A DNA stretch of 64,000 nucleotides from Carcharhinus amblyrhynchos (lineage: Eukaryota), in contig OZ336885.1 in NCBI GenBank assembly GCA_965287045.1, positions 61,132,001 to 61,196,000 on the forward strand, given 5' to 3'. Both the position numbers and the translations under genes were made by a program. Below, in pieces: positions 26,376 through 38,005 of the stretch. Every line of letters starts with the position of its first letter. Position 1 is the first letter of the stretch. The notes under the pieces were generated by a model. The model was not told the origin of the DNA and did not search any database. It worked only from the letters and a program-made list of their open reading frames with translations.

Positions 26376-26844
26376 GGTGCATTATGATTGTGGACCAGCC
26401 CAAGCAACCGCGGTTTCCATGTTTTTTATATCCTCTGTAATTCCTATCATACAAATTTCCCCTGCCGAGTCATGTACCGCACTCTATCTTGAAACATTCC
26501 ATGTTTCTGCCTGGTCATTAACACCAGTTGCAGGCCCAAATCTATATCTCTCTCGCCCTTTTCTAAATCGAGAGCCAACCTGCATGATTCTCCACTTCAG
26601 TCTGGTCTCCCCACGTAGCTCTTCTCACAATATCTTCATCCTTGATTTCGATATTGGCAGGAAATGTTGTCCTTTAGAATACACACCTAACATGATGATA
26701 TAAGAACATGGAATGGAAAAAAAGTTTCAATTTTCAATCAATTTGGTTAGTGTGGCCCAAGGACTTAATCTTTGTAGCACTTGACATATTTTTGGTATCA
26801 CGGCTTGCGTTTCTTTGATATAACATGGTAAAACCATCATACAA

Positions 26845-27175
26845 CAGCTACAGCGCTGAAAGAGGCATTTACCTCATCAGGTCTGCACCCTCCCACAGAT
26901 CATCTCACCCAGGCGCAAGCCCAGCCTACCTATGAACTCCACGCATGCGCCTCGCTAATACATCAAATCCGCAGTTCCATGGACGGTAGCGGGCATTTTT
27001 GCATGGGTATTCCACCTAATCCTCCAATGTTTGGATTGTTTGACGAAAACGGGGCATCCAGATAAAACACATACAGGCAAAGGAAGAATAGGCAAAGTCC
27101 AGATTGTCACCTCAGTGTCCGAATTGAACACTGATTTCTGGCACGTGAGGAAGCAGTGCTGATAATGCGCTGCTT
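26845..27175 (-). mobile_element. HE1/V-SINE-type SINE, highly degenerate
   Basis: Contains ATCCACCTAATCC, GAAAACGGGGCATCCAGA and TGGCACGTGAGGAAGCAGTGCT. Confidence 0.7.
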
Positions 27176-27693
27176 TGTCCCCCAACTGTCCAACTGGACT
27201 GAACTGCAGTAGTGGTGTTGCGTGTTTCATAACAGATCTTCTCAGTTGTTTCCTAATAGCGCAGGATGCATTTCCCCCAGCAAGCCATCACATGCACAAC
27301 GGCACTGCAGGCATTGCCAGCTTCAAATGCTTGGCTACTCTAACATTGTATAAACAACTGCAAACGTTTAATTACAAAATTCGCTCAGTTTTCTGATCTC
27401 TTCTCACATCACAGGAGATTTTTTTTGCATTGGAGAATTCATGTTTTACGAATAATCGAAATTTACAGCAAAATGACGTCAATTCCACGCAGAAGAGAGT
27501 TTTTATTCGTTTGTTTGTTGCCTGTTTGTTCACAAATATTCCTGATACCTTGCTATGCTTGCATTATTTCTTACTGAACAGTGCCCCTAAAAGTCAGCTT
27601 GTTTGTCCAATAAGGAAGTATATTGTTTTCGCTTGACTGTAGTATCCATTGGCAGATAAGCCTGCAAGTCAATCAACGATCGGAGGTTCTTAC

Positions 27694-27720
27694 CAATACT
27701 TTTTGCTCGTAACTGTTTAT
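27694..27720 (-). CDS. 27-nt phase-1 microexon DKQLRAKSI
   Basis: attgcattttcaacag|ATAAAC...AGTATTG|gtaaga. Resembles DHELREKNA. Confidence 0.78.
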
Positions 27721-28065
27721 CTGTTGAAAATGCAATATGTTGTAGCGTACATTTGAAACAAAGAAAACGGGAAATCTTACTATTCAAATTGTATATTACC
27801 GTTCTAATACCCTGCACGTCATCAATTGGTCGATCCTGATTATTTGTTGCCACTGTTTCAGACATCGTTGAAATTCATGTTTACATAATAAACAGTTTTG
27901 GAAATTGCGAATTGGGATATTTGACGTGAATCCATTTAAAATATGGGATGCATCATTATTGGCGTAATTCCTATTTAACTAGATTAACAATGTACCCAAG
28001 GAGCAAGTAATATATATGTTTAATAGTTACAGTTGCAATACTCTGAAATACAATGCTGAAATACA

Positions 28066-28340
28066 ATACAGATTTAAGGTGCGGGGAGGGAGGTTCAGAA
28101 GTGATGTTAGGGGTAAGTTTTTCACTCAGAGGGTGGTGAGTGAATGGAATCGGCTGCCGTCAGTGGTGGTGGAGGCGAACTCGCTGGGGTCTTTTAAAAG
28201 ACTTCTGGATGAGTATATGGGGTTTAATGAGATTGAGGGTTATAGATAGGTCTGTAGGTTGGTAGGTGATGATGTGATCGGCGCAACTTGTGGGCCGAAG
28301 GGCCTGTTTGTGCTGTAGTGTTCTATGTTCTATGTTCTAA
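28066..28340 (+). mobile_element. CR1 3' end fragment
   Basis: Encodes [30 protein letters not shown] and ends in a (TTCTATG)n tail. Confidence 0.92.
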
Positions 28341-29669
28341 TGCTTGACAGCACTTTCAAAAAAGGAGAGGACATCATCGAGTCTGCAGCCGCTTTCTGTG
28401 AGTTAGTACAAGTCCCACACATCAGTGTAATCGTGGTATGATTTCCGTTTCTGTTACAATTTTAACTTCATACTGACTACTCCTTCGCTATGTGTTGAAT
28501 GTTTAACGAGGAATGAAACCATTCTTAAGCAATGGATTTGCTCATATGCAATCCCACAGTGAAGGAGTTTTGAGTAGCCGCATGTTAACACATGCAAATT
28601 GACTGATATTCTGCTGAATTTGTTTCGTTCAAACATAAAACAAACAACTTAAATATGATGTTTCTTTTTCGTGACTTCGTAGAAAGTAGTAATTTCACTT
28701 GACTACCGTTGGGCTAATGATACAGCGAATATTGCATCTCTCGATAGGAGCTGGGGATGTTCAAGTTTAATTGATAATAATGCAGAAAAAAGGGAATGTG
28801 CTATCGGTTTTACAAAATACAAAACTCCAAACGTATAGTGAAACGCGTGATCAGGAGATAAAGTATGTCAAGCTTCGTCGAATTTACCTGCATGTCATTC
28901 CGAATGCACGTTAATGTTCCTACCGCTCAACTGTTCTGAAAACTCGCACTGGCAAATGATCAATGTTTCCAAAATCTCAGCGGTGTCCGCACAATTTTGA
29001 ATATATTTACGACATGGGAAATATAGCATTTGTATTGTTTCGACGGTCAGACGTCATCCTCATTCTACGCATGACGCGCACACAGATCGCTGTTCATCAT
29101 GACTCAGCAGGGATTCGAGAAACTGACTTTGAGTGAGGGCTAGAAAATCAGGACAGTCTGAGAATGGGAAAGCACCACTGGCAGACCAGCTGTAGTAAAG
29201 CAGCACTCGGAGTTTCAGGATGAGAAATGAAGAAGGTTGTAGTTCAGAAGTGAAAGTGGTCGTCGAGCTTTTTCTGCAAGGCCATTATTTCAGTGGAAAA
29301 GCTGTGTATTTGGTAAGCCAGTACTTGAACAAAATAATAAAATATGATAACTCAGAATACATCTGGAATATGGATTTAATAGCTAGCCTTTTTTCCAAGC
29401 TACCAGCGGGAAAGTAATCCATTTTTACTGAGAGTATCGACATATTAATTATACAATGTCGTGATTTGTCATATTCCTGCATGTGAGAATTTTGTCCGAG
29501 GCTAACCGGTATCCTCCGTCACTCTGGTATAACGATATATGTAGATATTGGATTCCATGATTCAAGTAGTGATTAAAGTTTCAATCGAAATATGTTATGT
29601 CCACTTTCCCATTCGCGAATATAGTCGGGGTCTTCATTTAAAGCATTTCCTTTGGTACTTCTATCGCAC

Positions 29670-29705
29670 CTTTCTTGCTCAGCTCTTCTGATATTGAATC
29701 CAGTT
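29670..29705 (-). CDS. 36-nt phase-1 microexon ELDSISEELSKK
   Basis: tttgttttgtttgttttatcatcag|AACTGG...AAGAAAG|gtgcga. It keeps the heptad register between its neighbours. Confidence 0.75.
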
Positions 29706-30507
29706 CTGATGATAAAACAAACAAAACAAATTGTTCACATATAATCGACGGGAAATGCTCCCAGAGGAAATGCACTTTATCAACGTATAACCTCTCGAGG
29801 CAAAATTATTAAAAATGTAACCAGAAATGATCAGGAATTGATGGAGTCCAGCCAACGCCACTCGAGTATTCCAACTAACTCTCGTTGTTCTCCAACTTCC
29901 ACAGTTGTGTTTTGATGAACCTTCAGTGAACTCGATCACAAACGGTTTCACAGTCAATCTGCGATTGAGGCCCCAGTCCAAGAAACGTTTGATGATGCGA
30001 TTTTGGGAAGTCCACGGCATTTTACATGTTCAGTATCATTGATGGCGCCTTGTCTGAACGAGTTTTGCCCTCCTTTGTTTCTCGTGTTCGGAAGTGTTTC
30101 ATCATAGGAATTAATCTATCCATATCTTGGGCAAATCTTCAACGTTAATTACCTGCATTTGTCATTTTTTATGTGGGGGAATTCGAACTAGTTCCATGCA
30201 ATCAACTAACTTAGTTGCAAAATATGAACGAAAGCTTTGAATCTGATTAACCAGAGTTTCGTTCCAACCAGGATGATAGTTCGTTTTCAACATTTCTTAT
30301 TAGTTACCGCAAACGGGTCCTACGACTTTTTTATTCAGTGACATCAGGTTTCATTGTGAATTTATGTTTTACATTTAGGGTGAAGCAAATTAAGTAAATT
30401 GAACCTTTCAAACGCACGCTTTATACAACAACAGCAAATCTTCACAATAAACACTGTAGTTAAGTTTAAACAATGGAACCGAAAACAGTACTTAAGAATA
30501 TAGTTAC

Positions 30508-30534
30508 CTTTCGTTTTGTCTTTAATTTCCTTTT
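30508..30534 (-). CDS. 27-nt phase-1 microexon EKEIKDKTK (right copy)
   Basis: aacag|AAAAGGAAATTAAAGACAAAACGAAAG|gtaact. Confidence 0.75.
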
Positions 30535-31262
30535 CTGTTCATTTAGAGCAGATTACAGAAATTAATATAAAATGGGTGTGTCGATTACACCCATTTTTGA
30601 TTGTAGTGAAATATGCATTGAATATGAAGTAGCATCAACGAAACTTTATATGCGTAACGGAATCCAAATGACATTTCACATGTCTGTCTGCCAAGAAAAT
30701 TTGGATCGAGTCCCGAATGATAATGTTTGAGCCAAAGAATACATGTTTGTTCCTGAGGGAGTCGATTTGAAACATCTTAGAAGAAAATATGATGTTGTTT
30801 TCGATACAAAAGGATGCTAGAGACGGTCTAGCTAATCTTCAGGCTTTGGCTGCTGAAGGCAAAACCAAGACTGTTGCAGCATGTAAAAGGCGAGATTATG
30901 AAAATATCAGAATGTCAAACTGCACACAATTCAGTGTATTGTGAGAGCAGAAAAAAAATCAGAGGTATGCAGAGATGGAAGCATTGGGAAGAAAATGGAA
31001 GCGTCTAAATTGATAGATGTTGATGGACCAGGTGACAGTTATACTATTGAAGACATAAAAAGTGGTGAAGGCGTGAGACTAGCAATCTTTCAAAATATCG
31101 ACTGCGTCACAAGCACGATAGTGGCTGTTCTAGTTAACTCCACAGTTGGCATATATGAGAGTCTCAGCAGCCCAGTATCTCAGAATATTGCCAAAGTGGT
31201 AAGCATGGAAATTAGCGGTATGACTTTGGTGGCTGACTCCTCTTACTGAGTCACTATTTAAA

Positions 31263-31578
31263 GGCGACACGGTGGCACAGCGTTTGTCAGTGCTGCCTCA
31301 CAGTGCCAGAGACACGGGTTCAACTCCAGCCTCGGGTCATAGCCTGCGTGGATTTTACAAATTCTTCCCGTATTTGCAAGGGTTACCTCCAGGTGCTCCG
31401 GTTTCCTCCCGCAGTCCAAAAATGTTGGGGTGAGATTGACTGATGATGCTGGATTGACACAAGTGTCAAGGGATTAGCAGGGCCAATCAGGGTCACGGGG
31501 ATAGGAATTGGGTGGATTGTGGGGATGCAGACACGACGGACCGAACGGCCTCTTCTGTGATGTAGCGATTCTTTGATT
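31263..31578 (+). mobile_element. HE1/V-SINE-type SINE (paralog of 3118-3433)
   Basis: Same head, core and tail motifs at the same position in the duplicated unit. Confidence 0.88.
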
Positions 31579-32059
31579 GATACCAGAACAAATTTATTAG
31601 TGACGTCGCATCTTGCCACTAAGAATGACACAATTTCGCCAATGCTGCCTTGAAATGATTGGATTTCCAAAAGTTGCAGCGATGGAATGTAGTCAGTTAC
31701 TCATGATTGCTTTTGACCAAAATCATTCGAATACCTATTGGACAACATTTATTCCCATACAAGAACAGATGCCTGAAAAAACAGTTTGACCTGCCTGAAT
31801 CTGACTGTAGATAGATATTGATGTTGCAATTGCGTAGAACATGTCTTTTTGATGTTGTCATCACAGTGCTGGCGAAAACCATATTATGTGGACATATTCA
31901 GGGATAAGTGTTATCCCTATTTCCACCGATAATGACAATTTTACATCGAATTTGCACACAAAAGAACACCATTTGAATTAGCTTCATTGTGCAAAACATC
32001 CAGTGCAACAATGGGCTGCACAGATATTTCAATTAGCCACTCGAGGGTTGCTTCCTCAC

Positions 32060-32095
32060 CTAATTCCTTCAGGGTATTCAGCTTTTCTTCATTCT
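32060..32095 (-). CDS. 36-nt phase-1 microexon ENEEKLNTLKEL (right copy)
   Basis: cttatttcag|AGAATG...GAATTAG|gtgagg. Confidence 0.8.
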
Positions 32096-35000
32096 CTGAA
32101 ATAAGACGTTCATTCTTTATGATTTTCATGTATATTTTATACACAACCAAAGTGAAAGACAATTAACGAGCCAAGGGTATTTTAGCACTGGAGGTCTGGA
32201 AATGTTGGTCCAACTGAGTTTTGCTCAATCTAATGACTTTCCTTATTTAAATGTCCATATTCTCTTTAGAGTCTGCAAACAATTCCCTGCTTATCACGTT
32301 TAGTGACATTGCTTCCAACGTAATTTCATATAGTCACTCCAGATAATGTCACGATAAACTTTGCTCCAACTGAGAACGTTGTCACAGTAAGTATTTCCAT
32401 TTGAATAGAAATTGCAAGCAGAATTAATATTTTGCCATTCGAAAAATAAAAAAGGTTGGATTCTGATAAAAAGTCGGCATGATTTTATTCATACATAAAG
32501 TCAGACAATTTCTTGTCCATCGACAGGATTGTCAGTAATGTCAAAGGGCAAGTTTAATGCACTTTCAAATAACGTCGTTTGAGGAGCGTGTTTCTAAGTG
32601 GAATTTATGTTGAGATTGATAAGTTATGATTTTAATGAACCAAAACATAAAGCATCAAACAATTTTTGCTGAGACGACAGATATTTACGATTTATTAAAT
32701 GCACTATATCAGATATGCATTTCTAACCTGTGCCATAAATGGAATGCAGAATAAGAATTCATTGGAACAGGCTTATTTTACGAATTCCCCAATTGCCTAG
32801 TAGTGCGATGCTGGTGTAGTTGTATTTCAATTGTTTGGTCATCGACGCATGCGCTAGGGCGATATGTGATAGTACAACAGTATTGCATGTTGATGTGTGT
32901 TTGTCGAGATGGATGCTTTGCAGATAAATAAATTAATTTCGGAGGCGAAGGCAATTCAATGAACATATGTTAGTCGTCTTCCAAAATGCATTATTGTTGT
33001 CAGAATGTATACCACAAATTTCCAGGGACAGAGATGCCACGCAAAAAGTTAACCGTTGTTCCACTTCACATCCCCAATAAGCCCGATGAATATATTGTGT
33101 AATTTGTCTTCATGTATCCATGACTAGCTATTTTTTATTCAATTGCTTGATACAAACTCATCAGCCCGTTCGAGATCTGTGCATATAATGTTAACGAAAC
33201 ATAAAAAGATGCAGTATAGTTAACTATATTGTCCTTCATGTCTGATTCATCAAACGGTGTAGTCGTGATTTGCGGGATATCTGATAATTTCTCCTTTACC
33301 TACTGCGAGATTGACTGTCAGAACTAAAATTGTTGCGACAAGCTCACTTCTTGAGAACTTTGTCACAAGGTTTTAACTTCAAATTTGATCAACAGCAATG
33401 ATAAATTAATGTCCATTGTCAAACCCATGAACGCAGCGTCTATCTTAATGGGAAAGCTGCGGATTTGACCAAAAATGTTGCCAAAGTCCAGTGAATTAGT
33501 ACAGATTCTTATCACATTAGAAGCTTCAACATTAAGTAATGCGTCACACGTATACCAGTTGCCAAAATGTTACGTCGTAATTCAACAAATATACCCTTGA
33601 GGTGCGGCATTTCCGTTTGGGACATATGCACTCCCTGCCAGTCTGTTGAACCACATTCGTTTTTACGTCGATGTCATTCTAGCTGACCTGGAGAACGTCA
33701 ACAAGATTTTCCTTTACCTATCACCCAGCCAAAGGAAGGTGTCACATTCACAAAAGAGAACACAACATTTAGTGCATCTGCATTCATATGTGGAGAAGAA
33801 TGCTGGCTTTATCAAAAACATTACACACTAAAATGAAATTATTTTCTAATATAACATTGAAGTTTGTCTTGTGCGCGGTTGCATTGATAGAATTGTGCAT
33901 CCTAGTTCCACCTTTCCATCAAAGTAGCAGCAGATATATTTCAGTCGCTCAACAGAGAAAAGGGACGTGGTCCCACCTCCTCTTCAAAAGCTATTCCTAC
34001 TCGAGGTGAGTGGTCATTTATACATTGGGACCGGGTACCCTGAAAGAAAGAACAACCCTACAATACAGTGAAAACCGCTCCCAGCATTAAACATATGTCT
34101 ACTCGTGATGATGACTCGGCCCTTTAGGGTAGTATAACCTAAAATTGCAACCATAACATCTAATCGATCAACAATTATATTTTTCAAGATGAATATTTGG
34201 AATTGATACAACACTTAAGTGAGTGTTGCAGAATGCAACCCATAATCAGTCTTTTCATGACTTATGTTTAAATTATCTTGGCAAACCACAGTCAGCCCCA
34301 CACCTGGAATTACATTTTTTTTTCGATTGCAATTAAGTCGGATAACCAACCCTGGGCAAGCCAAGTGTCCGCAAATGCCTCGTCCGTTATTTAAATGGGT
34401 ACTTGCCATGCTTTGTTCCAGAGAGCTTTCCTTCTGTTATTGTTTACAATAGAAGAAACATATTGCCCAATATTGAAATCTCTTGAAGCTGTTGATGTGG
34501 TGGCTTAACATTTCAGATCGCTAGGAAGCACTTGTCTATTTAAACCAAAGACAGATATGGATATGTCTGCCGATTGACATGTACAAGCATACATCTCCGT
34601 GGTTTACAGATGTTACGTGTTATCTATGCATACGTCAGTAAGCAATTTTGTACAGAGATACAAAGCGACGTATCGAACAAACTAAGTGACCCAGTATTAA
34701 ACAACAAGATGCACGAACAGCTCATATTCAATGGATAATTGAAATGCACCAGTGAACTGTAATATTGTTGTATCATTGGGTATCAGAAAACACATTGTGA
34801 AACATAAACATATCGAACGACAGGAGGAGAGAGGAGGGAGGGGAGCAAGGGAAAGGAAAGAAATATAAAGAGAGAGAGAGCAACGGTATCCCCTTGATGC
34901 TTAAGTACACACGTGTCAGTCGCGCAAAAGTCGTTAGTATCACTGGGGCAAGTTTTGCAAGCAATCTCGCTGGTCGGAACAGAAAAAATAAATGCATCTA

Positions 35001-35161
35001 GGGGAGAGGAAGAGGCTTTCGGAATGTTTGCATTCTGCTTCTTTTTTTGCAACATTTCTGCTGGGTTCCAAAAACTGTGTCTGCCCATTGTAACAAAGGT
35101 GTCACCTCCATTTCCGAATTTGGTCGTCAAACTTGCTTTCGGTCATATGGATTGGGTGTCA

Positions 35162-35587
35162 TGCCTAATGTGGATATTTTGAGGCAGCTCGGTATTTTTC
35201 TCCTTAGAGAGACGAAGGATGAGAGGTGACCCGACACAAATGTATAAGATGTTGAGAGGTATAGATTGGATGGATTCTCAGAGGCTTTCTTCCCAGGGCT
35301 GGAATGGTTGCTACGAGAGGACACAGGTTTAAAGTGCTAGGGAGTAGGTACAGAGGAGATATAAGGGGTATGTTTTTTTCACTCAGAGGGTAGTGCGTAA
35401 GTGGAATCGGCTGCCGTCGGTGGTGGTGGAGGCAAATTCGATAAGTTTTCTTTGAAGAGACTTCTGGATGAGTACATTGGACTTAATATAAATGAGGGTC
35501 ATAAGTAAACCTGGTAGATCGGGATATCATCGGCGCAACTTGTGGGCCGAACGGCCTGTTTGTACTGCAGATGTTTCTACGTTCTAC
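35162..35587 (+). mobile_element. Old CR1 3' fragment (paralog of 7010-7437)
   Basis: Same degenerate CR1 C-terminal and 3' UTR sequence. Confidence 0.85.
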
Positions 35588-35887
35588 GAAACAATTCCAC
35601 ACACACGTTTACTCATTCGTGAAAATGGCAGACCGCTTGATTAGCACTTCACTTATCATTTCATGTGCCCACTTCTCCCAAACTTGACCGTCAGGTGATG
35701 CATTTCACAAAACATTCTGAAGCCCTGATCTTGAAATAAGCGCATTGGAAAACCAAGATCCCTACATGACGCCCTAAATACCGTTACATTCTGACTTGGC
35801 AATGTACCCCCATTCCTTCTCTGCATAGCGTAAAAATGTTCAATCTACGCAACACGATTTTTGTCACAAGCTAGTCCTTGAACTAAC

Positions 35888-35914
35888 CAGCTCCAAGTAC
35901 TCCGTTCAGTTCCG
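35888..35914 (-). CDS. 27-nt phase-1 microexon AELNGVLGA (right copy)
   Basis: ctttccctcatttttctcag|CGGAAC...GGAGCTG|gttagt. It fits the 36/27 alternation, but the upstream intron is only 61 nt. Confidence 0.58.
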
Positions 35915-35975
35915 CTGAGAAAAATGAGGGAAAGTTGGATCTTAGGAAAAAAATGTTTTATTTTTCTTGTCCGAC

Positions 35976-36011
35976 CTGCATCTTGCAGACGTTTCTTCAG
36001 AGTCGCAATTT
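35976..36011 (-). CDS. 36-nt phase-1 microexon EIATLKKRLQDA (right copy)
   Basis: tcttctccccag|AAATTG...GATGCAG|gtcgga. Confidence 0.74.
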
Positions 36012-36206
36012 CTGGGGAGAAGACGGATGAAACGAAACTGTTAACTAATCCTCTGAAATGACAATAATATTCAGCCGATCGTTGCTGCCCTGATCTTTTG
36101 TCAAACGTTTCAATGTCTTTCCGTTTCAGGAGTATACTCTATTTAATTTTCAGTCTGTCGAAACTGACTTCACCAGCGTTATCCCACGTGCAGCATTTAC
36201 GGTTAA

Positions 36207-37225
36207 AAAAAACAAAGAACAAATACAATTATAGCGCAGGAACAGACATTTCGGGCCTCCAAGCATGTTACCTGTGTGAACTAAAACCCCTACCCTTCCG
36301 GAAACAATGTACCTCCACTCGCATCTTGGTAATGTATTTGTCCTGGCGCTCCTTAACAATCACCATCGTATCTGCTTCGAATTCAGGCCCGGCACGAATT
36401 CCAGTCATTCACAACCCTCTGTGTAAAATCAAACTTACACCTACATCTCCCTTAAACTTTCCCCCCCACCCTTAAAATTATGCCTCTGGGGGAAAAAAAT
36501 CGTTTTAATATCCGTACTGCCCATGTCCCTCATAATCCTACAGACATCTGTCAGTTCGCCCATCAGCCTCCGCCTTTCTAGTAAGAACACATCAGTTTTT
36601 TTCTCAACCTCTCCTCAGAGCTATTGCCCCCCATACCAGGCGACATCTTGGAAAATATTTTCTGTAACTTCTCCAAAGCCTCCACAGCCTTCATGTATTG
36701 TGGCGACCAAAATTGAACACAATTTTCCAAGTTTGGCCTAACTAGGGTGCTGTAAAACTGCAATATGATTTGCCGATTTTTTTAACTCAATACCCCAGCC
36801 AATGAAGGCAAGCATAGGGTAAGCCATCTTGACTACCTTCTCCACCTGCGCTGCCACTTCTAGTGATCTTAGTGTTTGTCACCCAGACCCATTTGCTTAC
36901 AAATACACTTAAGTGTTCTAACATTTACTAGACATTTCCCTCCTGTATTAGACATTCCAAAACGCATTACCTCACATTTGTCCAGATTAAACTCGGTCTG
37001 CCATCTCTCCACCCAAGTCTCCAATCTATCTATATCATGCCGTATCTTATGACTATCCTCATTGCGAATCGCAATTCCAGCAACCTGTGTATTGTCCACA
37101 AACGTATCAATCAAACCAGTTTTATTTCCACCAAATCAGTTATACATTTGTATTACAAACAGCAGTGATCCCAGCAGTGATCCATGAGAAACGCCACTAG
37201 CCATAAGCTTCCATTCCGATATGCA
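36207..37225 (-). mobile_element. Old degenerate CR1 fragment (paralog of 8160-9180)
   Basis: Reads YSTLVRPNLENCVQFWSP and DIDRLETW..FNLDKCEVM. Confidence 0.9.
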
Positions 37226-37674
37226 ATACTGGGTGTCACAGAGAGATAATCATGTTGTGGAGCAGCATAATATGTTGGTTTTATAGAACCGTCATTGGTA
37301 AGCAGGTAAACATTTTTCTTAGTCATCGAAATATTTTTCGACCTGTCGCCCATGAATAACAAACATTGAATTCGGCCAAATCAGTGTATTCAGATACAAG
37401 TTGGTCCATTTGATAGGCTGTTGCTTGGTCGAATTTCACGTGCTGTCTTTGTAACTTTTATTTGGAGCTGCCGGATATTCCGTGCACGTACATTTAAAAC
37501 TACATTTATTACCGGTATAATTGTATTGCTTGATGCTGCTATATGCAACAATTAAACGATATCTATGAATTTGAGCCTATTTATGTCAATGCAAGAGAAT
37601 GAAGCAAGAGAGCATTTGATGCATTGCAACTGTACCAGCGGAGATCTCATATCCATACAAACCATAGGAATTAT

Positions 37675-38005
37675 CCATTGAAACCCTACACTGCAGAAAG
37701 AGGCCATTCGGCCCATCGAATCTGCATCGCCAACAATCCCACCCAGGCCCAATCTCCGCATTCTACCCATTACTCCCTCTGAACTACGCATCCCGGGACA
37801 CTAGGAGGCAATTCAGCCTGGCCAATCCACCTAACCCGTGTATCTTTGGACTGTGGGAGGAAACCGGAGGACCTGGAGGAAGCCCATGCAGACATGGGGA
37901 GAATGTGCAGACTCTGCACAGGCAGTGACCCGAACTGGGAATCAAACCCAGATCCCTGGAGCTGTGAAGCAACTGTGCTAACCACTGTGCTACCGTGCCG
38001 CCCCG
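37675..38005 (-). mobile_element. HE1/V-SINE-type SINE (paralog of 9625-9955)
   Basis: Reverse complement of the GGCGGCACGGTAGCACAGTGGTTAGCAC head and the V-domain core. Confidence 0.9.

Noticed and set aside
30941-31249. Plus-strand ~100-codon ORF, also largely open at ~2815-3104
   Set aside because: Differences between the copies are mostly non-synonymous, as in neutral DNA. There is no recognisable domain and no neighbouring plus-strand exons.
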